Of a DNA stretch of 19,588 nt, positions 8,380 through 15,660 are shown one piece after another. The notes below the pieces were generated by a model. It made no database searches. It was given only the letters and a program-made list of their open reading frames with translations, and was not told the DNA's origin. The translations under genes and the position numbers were made by a program. Numbering within the stretch: the first letter of the stretch is position 1; the number at the start of each line of letters is the position of its first letter. The DNA lies in contig JBKSMP010000013.1 of NCBI GenBank assembly GCA_046881885.1, forward strand, positions 1 through 19,588, written 5' to 3'. The stretch is from Opitutales bacterium (GTDB taxonomy: Bacteria; Verrucomicrobiota; Verrucomicrobiia; Opitutales; UBA9783).

Positions 8380-10568
8380 AGCGTATCCTTTGCGTTTTCG
8401 TATTTAAAAATCAGACTTGATAAGGGAGGTAGGTAAAGCTCTAAATGGTAAGGCTGTCCATGCCATCCAGGTTCTAACGTTTCAACTGTACCGCAATTAC
8501 CGCGATTTTTTCCTCCATAAATAGCTCCATCCGAATTGAGAACTTCTTTCCAACAACCTTTATGTGGAACACCTAACTTGTACTGAGAACGTTCAACAGG
8601 GGTAAAATTAGAAATAAAGAGCAAAGTTTCTTTTGTTTCACCTGTTTTTCGGATAAATGAAAAGACACTATTATCGCAATCATCAGGATCAATCCAGGAA
8701 AAACCATCCCCACGTAAATCATATTGGTGCCAAAAAGGGTGTGCTTTATACAATTTATTTAAATCTGTAATCAATTGTTGTACACCTTTGTGTTCCTCTT
8801 TTTCCAATAAGTCCCAGGCTAATTGCCAATGATGATCCCATTCATTACACTGAGCAAATTCGTTGCCCATAAAGAGCGTTTTTTTGCCCGGCCAACCCCA
8901 CATATAGACATACAAGGCCCGCAATGTACTTAGTTTATCGGTAAAGTATCCCGAACCCATTTTTTGAACCAATGAACACTTCCCATGAACAACTTCATCA
9001 TGAGAAAAGACATTGATAAAGTTTTCCGAATATTGATACAACATCGCAAACGTCATTTTGTTGTGGTGATATTTACGATGTATGGGATCTTCTTTGCAGT
9101 AACTTAAAACGTCATGCATCCATCCCATATTCCACTTAAAATCGAAACCAAGACCGTATGTTTGTGTCGGCTGGGAAACACGACCGAATGAGGTTGATTC
9201 CTCTGCAATGGTTAGTACACCAGGATAATATTGATGCACAAGATCGTTAGCTGTGCGCAAGAATTCTATCGCTTCTATATTTTCTTTACCACCATAGACA
9301 TTAGGAATCCATTCACCATCTTTTCTGGAATAATTTAAATAAAGCATAGAAGCAACCGCATCTACTCGTAAACCATCAATATGGAACTTATCGATCCAAA
9401 ATAAAGCGTTGCTTATAAGAAAATTACGCACTTCATTGCGTCCATAATTAAAGATAAGCGTACCCCAATCTTGATGTTCTCCTTGACGAGGATCCGCATG
9501 TTCATAAAGTGCAGTTCCATCAAATTTCGCCAACCCAAAGGCGTCTTTTGGAAAGTGTGCTGGCACCCAGTCAATGATAACTCCAAAACCATTTTGGTGT
9601 AACGTATCGACTAAATACTGAAAATCTTGCGGAGATCCATAGCGTGAAGTAGGTGCAAAGAAGCCTGTAACCTGATATCCCCAAGAACCTAAAAACGGAT
9701 GTTCAGCCACCGGTAGAAACTCAACATGTGTAAATTGCGTCTTTTTGAGGTAATCAACAAGGATAGGCGCTAACATACGATACGTTAAAGGCTGATTATT
9801 TGCATCATATTTCCAGGAATCCAGATGCATCTCATAAATAGCCATAGGTATCGTTTTACAATTCTGCTGTTGTCTTTGCTCCAACCAAAAGTGATCATGC
9901 CAATCAAATGTATCGAGCGATCCTGTTAAAATCGATGCATGCCCCCCTTCAAATTCTCCACAATTGGCATATGGATCCGCTTTCAGCTGAATTTGGTGAT
10001 TGGCGTCATATAGCTCAAATTTATACTTTTGACCTGGGTTTAAATTAGGAATAAACAATTCCCAAATACCTGACTTATCCAACAAGCGCATCGGATGTCT
10101 TCGCCCATCCCATTGATTAAAATCGCCAACAACGGACACACGTCTTGCATTTGGAGCCCAAACGGCAAATGAGTAGCCCGTTACACCTTCATGAGTGATA
10201 GCATGAGCCCCTAGTTTCTCATAGATCCGATGATGATTGCCTTGATTAAATAAATAAAGATCTTCATTGCTCAAAGTCGGCGAAAATAGGTACGCATCTT
10301 CAAATTCAAAAGTTGCACCAGAAGAAAAATGAGCTCGCAAGCGATAACTTTCTTTCTTTGTTAAGTGCCCTTCAAAAATATCCGTTCCCTCTAACTGAAC
10401 CATTGAATTGGGTTTATGGTCCTTACAAACAATTTCCATTTTCGATGCTTCCGGAAAATAGGCTCGAATAATATACCGATTGCCTTCCTTATGCATCCCT
10501 AAAATACGGTGCGGATTGGTATGGTCTCCACACATTAATGCGTTTATTTCATCTTGTTCAATTTGCAT
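8376..10568 (-). CDS. glgB: 1,4-alpha-glucan branching enzyme (GH13)
   Basis: 730-aa ORF, close in length to E. coli GlgB. GH13 conserved regions are present: IIDWVPAHF, GLRVDAVASMLY, IAEESTSF, FSHDEVVHGK. The N-terminal FAVWAPNARRVSVVGDFNQWDGRRHPM is typical of the CBM48 module. Confidence 0.97.
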   Translation of the reverse strand: MQIEQDEINALMCGDHTNPHRILGMHKEGNRYIIRAYFPEASKMEIVCKDHKPNSMVQLEGTDIFEGHLTKKESYRLRAHFSSGATFEFEDAYLFSPTLSNEDLYLFNQGNHHRIYEKLGAHAITHEGVTGYSFAVWAPNARRVSVVGDFNQWDGRRHPMRLLDKSGIWELFIPNLNPGQKYKFELYDANHQIQLKADPYANCGEFEGGHASILTGSLDTFDWHDHFWLEQRQQQNCKTIPMAIYEMHLDSWKYDANNQPLTYRMLAPILVDYLKKTQFTHVEFLPVAEHPFLGSWGYQVTGFFAPTSRYGSPQDFQYLVDTLHQNGFGVIIDWVPAHFPKDAFGLAKFDGTALYEHADPRQGEHQDWGTLIFNYGRNEVRNFLISNALFWIDKFHIDGLRVDAVASMLYLNYSRKDGEWIPNVYGGKENIEAIEFLRTANDLVHQYYPGVLTIAEESTSFGRVSQPTQTYGLGFDFKWNMGWMHDVLSYCKEDPIHRKYHHNKMTFAMLYQYSENFINVFSHDEVVHGKCSLVQKMGSGYFTDKLSTLRALYVYMWGWPGKKTLFMGNEFAQCNEWDHHWQLAWDLLEKEEHKGVQQLITDLNKLYKAHPFWHQYDLRGDGFSWIDPDDCDNSVFSFIRKTGETKETLLFISNFTPVERSQYKLGVPHKGCWKEVLNSDGAIYGGKNRGNCGTVETLEPGWHGQPYHLELYLPPLSSLIFKYENAKDTL

Positions 10569-10694
10569 CCTATCTCTAGTATGTCATCGAATTACTCCAA
10601 AGTCGAGCTTTTATATTTTTTAAAAAAATAATTGTGCCTATAGCTTTTATAGAAACCTACGGATTTTGCGCATGGGTTTCTATTTTAACGATCT

Positions 10695-11084
10695 TTACGC
10701 CATAAATAAATATTTATTTATCTGCGCCTCTAGATTTTTTATTTCACTCATAAAGTCATCCAGGGAAAGATTCTCTATATTTTTTAGTTTGCCGTCCACT
10801 TCTTGTTCAGTCAATAAGTTACATCCCACAGCCTCATTCAAGTAAGACTCATATTTAGACTCAAGAATATTCCTTCCGTCTTTTACTCTTGTTTTTAAAT
10901 AACGAATATTGGTTATTTGATCAAAATTTGGATCTGTAACTGGAGAGCCCAAAAATTTCATCTCTTTTCTATAATCATTCCTTAATCCTTCTGCTTCTTT
11001 CTCTACGCTTTGGGCATTATTAGAAGAAGACGAAACAGAGCTTGGTTGTTTTTCCGGAGCAACAGACGGAGCATCGGCAAACAA
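10695..11084 (-). CDS. Hypothetical protein (orphan; start codon uncertain)
   Basis: The 129-codon ORF as listed starts at TTG 11084, and the first in-frame ATG is codon 42 (10961). There is no hydrophobic segment and no motif I recognise; the protein is Ser/Glu/Lys-rich and net acidic. It lies 20 nt downstream of the 214-aa ORF on the same strand. A well-placed GGAG+ATG pair (ATG 11089) sits in a different frame (see findings). Confidence 0.5.
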   Translation of the reverse strand: MFADAPSVAPEKQPSSVSSSSNNAQSVEKEAEGLRNDYRKEMKFLGSPVTDPNFDQITNIRYLKTRVKDGRNILESKYESYLNEAVGCNLLTEQEVDGKLKNIENLSLDDFMSEIKNLEAQINKYLFMA

Positions 11085-11104
11085 TTCATATTATAATTCT
11101 CCAC

Positions 11105-11749
11105 TTAAAAAAACAATTCTCCTCTTAAAAAAACAAAATCATTTTTATAATCTCCATAATTACCCTTTTTCTCTAAAAGAGCTTGAGCGTTGCTTAGTAA
11201 AGTTAGATAGTCTTTTTTATCCGAAGATAATCCTGAACCTTCCATGCCAACATGCTGGTTGTTGCCTTTTGCTATTTTTTTCATATTATTAAACCTATCT
11301 ATATCTCCTTGACTTAAATTGTCAGGCTTGCATTGGTTTAATATTTTTACAAGTTGTTTTCCCAATGATGGAGTATTATCTTTTAAGAACTTATCATCTC
11401 CTTTCAACAAATGCTCAACAAGCTTATTAGCATCTCCTGTATTTATATCCTTTTTAAACAATTGAGCGTAAGCTCGTTTAAATCCTTTTTTAGAAGCAAC
11501 ACCCTCTCCTTGAATATCTTTACCTTGATTTTTACGAACTTCACGCATAACACGATGACCGACATGGCCAACATTCCTGAAAAATTTTTTTATTCCAGAA
11601 AAAAGATTTGAATGAGCCTTAACCGTTGTTCCATTTTCTGTCATACCTGCTTTTTCAGCAGATTTTTGATGAACCTCTCCGAGTCCTCTAGCCAAAACAC
11701 CTTCCAGGTTTTGATTAAAATTGCCACCTCCAACACCACCTACTACCAT
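11105..11749 (-). CDS. Hypothetical protein (orphan, Lys-rich, Gly-rich N-terminus)
   Basis: 214-codon ORF. ATG 11749 is preceded by GGAGG (minus strand, 11762-11758) with an 8-nt spacer. There is no signal peptide, TM segment or recognisable catalytic motif. The N-terminus MVVGGVGGGNFNQNLEG looks disordered. The DNA is visibly more A/T-rich than the flanking glgB and rpsP genes. Confidence 0.65.
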   Translation of the reverse strand: MVVGGVGGGNFNQNLEGVLARGLGEVHQKSAEKAGMTENGTTVKAHSNLFSGIKKFFRNVGHVGHRVMREVRKNQGKDIQGEGVASKKGFKRAYAQLFKKDINTGDANKLVEHLLKGDDKFLKDNTPSLGKQLVKILNQCKPDNLSQGDIDRFNNMKKIAKGNNQHVGMEGSGLSSDKKDYLTLLSNAQALLEKKGNYGDYKNDFVFLRGELFF

Positions 11750-11943
11750 TTACATTTCCTCCATTACTTTTTCAAGACTCTATTATTTATTTATCGGCAA
11801 AATTTTCAAACATTACAGGATTATTTTAGAAAAAATAAAAAAAACATGCAAGCACAAAATAAAATACTGCAAAAATTGAAGACTGAAATACGAACCTCAA
11901 GATACTCTTTAAACTTGATCTTGCAAAGCTTAATAAAAGACGC

Positions 11944-11973
11944 TTGACAAATATCAAAATCTGTTGCTTTATT
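11944..11973 (+). promoter_or_regulatory. Candidate sigma70-type promoter of the rpsP-trmD-rplS operon
   Basis: A perfect -35 TTGACA sits at 11944-11949. An 18-nt spacer ends in TG (11965-11966) one base before the -10-like hexamer TTTATT (11968-11973), giving an extended -10 arrangement. The site is about 48 nt upstream of the rpsP ATG, which has AGAGG 6 nt upstream. Chance matches are common in AT-rich DNA. Confidence 0.4.
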
Positions 11974-12020
11974 AAATAGCTTATTAAAAAGAATAAGAAG
12001 AAGATTTATAGAGGTTATAT

Positions 12021-12272
12021 ATGGCATTAAAAATACGTTTACAGCGTTGCGGAGCTAAACATAATCCTGCATATCGTGTTGTTGTTGCAGAAGCATCTGC
12101 TCGTCGCGATGGTCGTTCAGTTGAAGTTTTGGGCTTTTACAATCCGATAGCAAAGGGTAATGCAGACAAACTAAAGGTTGATGTAGAACGTGCAGATTAT
12201 TGGTTATCCAAAGGTGCACAGCCAACAGACACAGCCCGTTTCTTGTTAAAAACTGCTCGTAAAGCAAGTTAG
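12021..12272 (+). CDS. rpsP: 30S ribosomal protein S16
   Basis: 83 aa. [42 protein letters not shown] is the canonical S16 N-terminus, followed by [14 protein letters not shown]. Confidence 0.97.
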   Translation: MALKIRLQRCGAKHNPAYRVVVAEASARRDGRSVEVLGFYNPIAKGNADKLKVDVERADYWLSKGAQPTDTARFLLKTARKAS

Positions 12273-12277
12273 TCTTT

Positions 12278-12949
12278 ATGAAGATCGACATTTTAACGCT
12301 TTTTCCAAAAATGCTGGAAGGGTTTGTCTCTGAAAGCATTCTGGGGCGTGCTGTCCGCGAAGGACATGTTGATCTTACAGTTCACAATCTCAGGGATTGG
12401 GCTAAAGACACTCGCCATACAGTAGATGACAGACCTTTTGGTGGTGGAGCAGGAATGGTTTTGCAAACGGAAGTTTTGACCGCTGCCGTTCAAGATTTGC
12501 GCACAAAAAATTCTCGTGTTATTTATTTGTGTCCTGATGGAACGCCTTTAAAAACAAGTCGTGCAAAGTCTTTAGCACAAGAACAACACCTTATTCTTAT
12601 TTCTGGGCACTACGAAGGCATTGATGAGCGTTTTCGTGAGCAAAATGTGGACGAAGAAATTTCCATTGGAGATTATGTGTTAACCAATGGTACTTTGCCG
12701 GCAGCTGTTCTTGTGGATGCTATTATGCGCTATGTTCCAAATGTTTTGGGAGATGAGCAGTCGCTAGAACAAGATAGTTTTAGTAATGTATTTTTGACGT
12801 TTCCACAATATACACGCCCTATTTCCTTTAACGGTAACGAAGTGCCGTCTATTCTTTTTTCGGGAAACCATGAAGCGATTGCACATTGGCGTCTCGAACA
12901 ACAAATGTTACGGACGATCCGTCGACGTCCTGATTTAATCTTTAATTAA
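12278..12949 (+). CDS. trmD: tRNA (guanine37-N1)-methyltransferase
   Basis: 223 aa. It shows MKIDILTLFPKM, DDRPFGGGAGMVL, SGHYEGIDERF and IGDYVLTNGTLPA, the SPOUT/TrmD signature blocks. It starts 5 nt after the rpsP stop. Confidence 0.96.
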   Translation: MKIDILTLFPKMLEGFVSESILGRAVREGHVDLTVHNLRDWAKDTRHTVDDRPFGGGAGMVLQTEVLTAAVQDLRTKNSRVIYLCPDGTPLKTSRAKSLAQEQHLILISGHYEGIDERFREQNVDEEISIGDYVLTNGTLPAAVLVDAIMRYVPNVLGDEQSLEQDSFSNVFLTFPQYTRPISFNGNEVPSILFSGNHEAIAHWRLEQQMLRTIRRRPDLIFN

Positions 12950-12956
12950 TAAAAAA

Positions 12957-13325
12957 ATGAGCCAAGCTATTCTAAAAGAAGTTGTTGCAGATCAAGTAAA
13001 AAATAACCACAATCCCTTTAAGGTAGGTGATGAAGTTTCTGTATCTATTCGCGTTAACGAAAGCGGAAAAGAACGTATTCAAGTATTTACAGGTATTGTA
13101 ATTGCTCGCCGTGGTTCTGGTATTAACGAAATGTTTACCGTAAGACGTGTCTCGGGTGGATTTGGCGTAGAACGTGTTTTCCCTTTAAATTCCCCTTTAA
13201 TTGCAAAAATTGAAGTAACCAAGGAAAGTGTTATTTTACGCTCTTCCAAGATGTACTATATTCGTCATCGCATTGGTAAGGCTGCAACACAAGTAAAAGA
13301 AAAGCGTTTTTCTTTATCTAAGTAA
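12957..13325 (+). CDS. rplS: 50S ribosomal protein L19
   Basis: 122 aa. FKVGDEVSVSIRVNESGKERIQVFTGIVIARRGSGINEMFTVRRVSGGFGVERVFPLNSP is a typical L19 core. Confidence 0.97.
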   Translation: MSQAILKEVVADQVKNNHNPFKVGDEVSVSIRVNESGKERIQVFTGIVIARRGSGINEMFTVRRVSGGFGVERVFPLNSPLIAKIEVTKESVILRSSKMYYIRHRIGKAATQVKEKRFSLSK

Positions 13326-13343
13326 TTTTTACTTTTTTCTGGT

Positions 13344-13377
13344 AACTCAAAGGATTTATGTCCTTTGAGTTTTTTAT
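13344..13377 (+). terminator. Rho-independent terminator of the rpsP-trmD-rplS operon
   Basis: A perfect 11-bp stem pairs AACTCAAAGGA (13344-13354) with TCCTTTGAGTT (13361-13371). The loop is TTTATG and a T-run follows from 13372. It begins 19 nt after the rplS stop. Confidence 0.85.
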
Positions 13378-13462
13378 TCAGACTCCTGTCGATAATTAAA
13401 AAACAGAAGTATAGCGATTCCAGTAAAGCTTCATATTCTTTTATTCGGCAGGGTTTTTAAAC

Positions 13463-14038
13463 TTAATAGTAACGATTTTCTTTCTTTGCTTTCGGAACTT
13501 CGAGTAAAGAAAGAAATATATAATCATAGGCTTGAGTAATAGAACCTTCCGTACATTCATTGAGTGAATTCCCAAAACGACTTCTCATTTTATTTATAAA
13601 CAAATTTTTACTTACTGTATCATCTTTCGTGAAAAGTATCCCCCATTGTGGATAAAAACCATCATTATTACACCAAAAATCCCAATCATAATTAGCGCCA
13701 CTATAATTTTTTATCGTAAGGTAATAAAAATTACCTTTATAGCCAGAATCACTATCTATTGGCCCTAAAAAATTAGATTGCATAGCCCAGGCTACTTCTT
13801 CAGATACACGACCAGGATCTTCATCCTCCGGTAGTTCGTTCATAACGAGATAGTAAGATCGCGTTGCTTGCAATAAGGAATCTAAATCGTCTAATGTCTT
13901 GTTGAGCTGAATATCTTGGAAACATTTCTTAAATTGAGGCACAGCTACTGTCGTAACAAGCACTAAAAGCCCAATTACAACAAGCATTTCCAGCAATGTA
14001 AATCCCTTTTCTTTCTTTTGTTTCGCTCGGTTTCTCAT
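13463..14038 (-). CDS. Prepilin-type N-terminal cleavage/methylation domain protein (type IV pilin / T2SS pseudopilin-like)
   Basis: 191 aa. It has a basic leader MRNRAKQKKEKG followed by FTLLEMLVVIGLLVLVTTVAV. This is the class III signal: Gly at -1, Phe at +1, Glu at +5, then a hydrophobic helix. The C-terminal globular part is aromatic-rich (YDWDFWCNNDGFYPQWG) and carries Cys residues at FWC and NEC that could form a pilin-type disulfide. Confidence 0.8.
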   Translation of the reverse strand: MRNRAKQKKEKGFTLLEMLVVIGLLVLVTTVAVPQFKKCFQDIQLNKTLDDLDSLLQATRSYYLVMNELPEDEDPGRVSEEVAWAMQSNFLGPIDSDSGYKGNFYYLTIKNYSGANYDWDFWCNNDGFYPQWGILFTKDDTVSKNLFINKMRSRFGNSLNECTEGSITQAYDYIFLSLLEVPKAKKENRYY

Positions 14039-14044
14039 ATAAAA

Positions 14045-14053
14045 ATTATATCA
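14045..14053 (-). promoter_or_regulatory. Candidate extended -10 promoter (TGATATAAT) of the prepilin-like gene
   Basis: On the minus strand, 14053->14045 reads TGATATAAT, a perfect TGnTATAAT. It is followed by TTTTAT and then ATG 14038. No SD-like purine run is visible, and the -35 region is poor (GTCGCT at 17-nt spacing). The geometry would place the TSS at or next to the A of the ATG. Confidence 0.35.
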
Positions 14054-14163
14054 TCTATTATCTATAAAGCGACACTTTTTCATTTTTCTTAAGAAATTTT
14101 TAAATTTTCCATACTACTCTTGCAAAAACCCGTTATTTTTTCTACAAAATTTGACGAAACAAG

Positions 14164-14192
14164 TTGCATTATAAGAAGTTTTTTGTTATACT
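14164..14192 (+). promoter_or_regulatory. Candidate sigma70-type promoter of the FliO-like gene (and probably fbaB)
   Basis: The -35 TTGCAT (14164-14169) and the -10 TATACT (14187-14192) are separated by an exact 17-nt spacer. AAGGGA (14201-14206) follows, with ATG at 14213. The promoter, SD and start are mutually consistent. Confidence 0.5.
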
Positions 14193-14212
14193 ATCATCAG
14201 AAGGGAAAACAA

Positions 14213-14560
14213 ATGAAGTTATTATTTTTAGCACATAACGCAAGCACAATGGATTTATCCGCAGTTTCGTCAGAAAGGACAGGTCTTTTTATCCAAATCC
14301 TATGTTTATTGGCACTTATTGTTGTTGGATCCTACCTTTTTACACAGCTAAAAGGACGGACGTTTAAACTTAAACGAGGGATTAAAAGTCAAAAAAAACT
14401 GGAAATTTTGGAAACCAAGGTTTTAGGGAATCGTCAATTTTTATGCGTAGTTGCTTATGAAAAACAGCGTATTTTGCTGGGAGCCAGCCTTAATGGATTA
14501 CAATTTCTTTGTTCTTTAGATTCAGACAAAGACCAAACAGCTTCTAATGAAAATTTATAA
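14213..14560 (+). CDS. Small single-pass membrane protein, FliO-like
   Basis: I trimmed the listed 146-codon TTG ORF to ATG 14213 (115 aa), because the SD and promoter lie inside the TTG extension. The protein has one TM helix (GLFIQILCLLALIVVGSYLF) and a basic stretch (KGRTFKLKRGIKSQKK). Then comes LEILETKVLGNRQFLCVVAYEKQRILLGASLNGLQFLCSL, which resembles my memory of the conserved FliO core (E. coli LKISASASLGARERVVVVDVEDARLVLGVTAGQINLLHKL). The assignment rests on recollection only. Confidence 0.5.
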   Translation: MKLLFLAHNASTMDLSAVSSERTGLFIQILCLLALIVVGSYLFTQLKGRTFKLKRGIKSQKKLEILETKVLGNRQFLCVVAYEKQRILLGASLNGLQFLCSLDSDKDQTASNENL

Positions 14561-14603
14561 AAAAAACTAGTGATTTAAGAAAAAAAACCGTTATTATATA
14601 AGT

Positions 14604-15656
14604 ATGAATAATTATATTCAGCGTTTTTTAGAGGAAGACAAAGGATATTTGTCGCAACACGTTTGTAAAACAATAGCCAAAGAAAAGTTGGCTTTGCCCA
14701 ATCCTGATTTTGTCGATCAAGTTTTTTTGAATAGTGATCGCTCCAATCAGGTTCTCAACAGTCTCATGCGTTTGCGCAATCATGGTCGTTTGGCAAACAC
14801 GGGATATATTTCCATTTTACCTGTCGACCAAGGAATTGAACACTCTGCAGGTGCCAGTTTCGCTCCAAATCCAGAGTATTTTGATCCAGAAAATTTAGTA
14901 CGCTTGGCCATTGAAGGTGGTTGCAATGCCATTGCTTCTACCTATGGTGTTTTGGCCAGTGTTGCACGCAAATATGCTCACAAAATCCCATTTGTTGTCA
15001 AATTAAACCACAACGAATTGTTAACCTATCCGAATAAGTTCGATCAAATTTATTTCGCGGATGTCGATCAAGCATACGATATGGGGGCTGTAGCCGTTGG
15101 TGCAACCATTTACTTTGGTTCACCTGAATCGAGTCGTCAAATTGAAGAAACAAGCGCTGCATTTGCTCGTGCACACGAATTGGGAATGGCAACGATTTTA
15201 TGGTGCTACTTGCGCAATCCAGCTTTCAAATCCGACCAAGATTATCACACAAGTGCCGACTTAACGGGTCAAGCTAATCACTTGGGAGCAACGATCGGTG
15301 CAGACATCGTAAAGCAAAAATTACCAACCAATAATGGCGGTTACAAATCCTTACCAAAATTCGGTAAAACTCACGATAAAGTTTATTCTGAACTCTCGTC
15401 CGATCATCCGATTGATTTAACACGCTATCAAGTTGCTAATGGATACATGGGACGCGTAGGATTGATCAACTCAGGAGGTGCATCCGGAAACAACGACATT
15501 ATGGACGCAATCGCTACAGCCATTATAAATAAGCGCGCAGGCGGTATGGGCCTTATTTTGGGGCGTAAAGCCTTCCAAAAGCCTTTTGCAGAAGGTGTAG
15601 AACTTCTACATGCCGTTCAAGACGTCTATTTAGAAGATTCAATCACGATCGCGTAA
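14604..15656 (+). CDS. fbaB: Class I fructose-bisphosphate aldolase, FbaB/DhnA type
   Basis: 350 aa. By recollection it is near-collinear with E. coli FbaB over its full length. Shared blocks are [94 protein letters not shown] (Schiff-base Lys region) and [17 protein letters not shown], with ITIA at the C-terminus. Confidence 0.95.
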   Translation: MNNYIQRFLEEDKGYLSQHVCKTIAKEKLALPNPDFVDQVFLNSDRSNQVLNSLMRLRNHGRLANTGYISILPVDQGIEHSAGASFAPNPEYFDPENLVRLAIEGGCNAIASTYGVLASVARKYAHKIPFVVKLNHNELLTYPNKFDQIYFADVDQAYDMGAVAVGATIYFGSPESSRQIEETSAAFARAHELGMATILWCYLRNPAFKSDQDYHTSADLTGQANHLGATIGADIVKQKLPTNNGGYKSLPKFGKTHDKVYSELSSDHPIDLTRYQVANGYMGRVGLINSGGASGNNDIMDAIATAIINKRAGGMGLILGRKAFQKPFAEGVELLHAVQDVYLEDSITIA

Positions 15657-15660
15657 TTGA

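Noticed and set aside
10650-10682. Hairpin TAGAAACC(17-nt loop)GGTTTCTA just downstream of the 129-codon ORF, considered as its terminator
   Set aside because: The loop is large, and on the relevant minus strand no U-tract follows (TAAAAGC). The T-run exists only on the + strand, where no gene ends. It is too weak to call.
11411-12027. ORFs 11411..11611 (+), 11612..11947 (+), 11821..12027 (-), and a 34-codon ATG ORF at 11846..11947 (+)
   Set aside because: They are Phe/Leu/Ile/Lys/Asn-rich products of AT-rich DNA. They are either antisense to the 214-aa ORF or lie inside the AT-rich spacer. None has an SD, and the -35 of the rpsP promoter candidate lies within them.
12055-12493. Minus-strand ORFs 12055..12339 and 12293..12493
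   Set aside because: They are antisense to rpsP and trmD, which are unambiguous.
14120-14212. TTG-initiated N-terminal extension of the FliO-like ORF (146-aa version)
   Set aside because: The extension covers the TTGCAT-17-TATACT promoter and the AAGGGA ribosome-binding site that serve ATG 14213. The extra 31 residues have no feature of their own.
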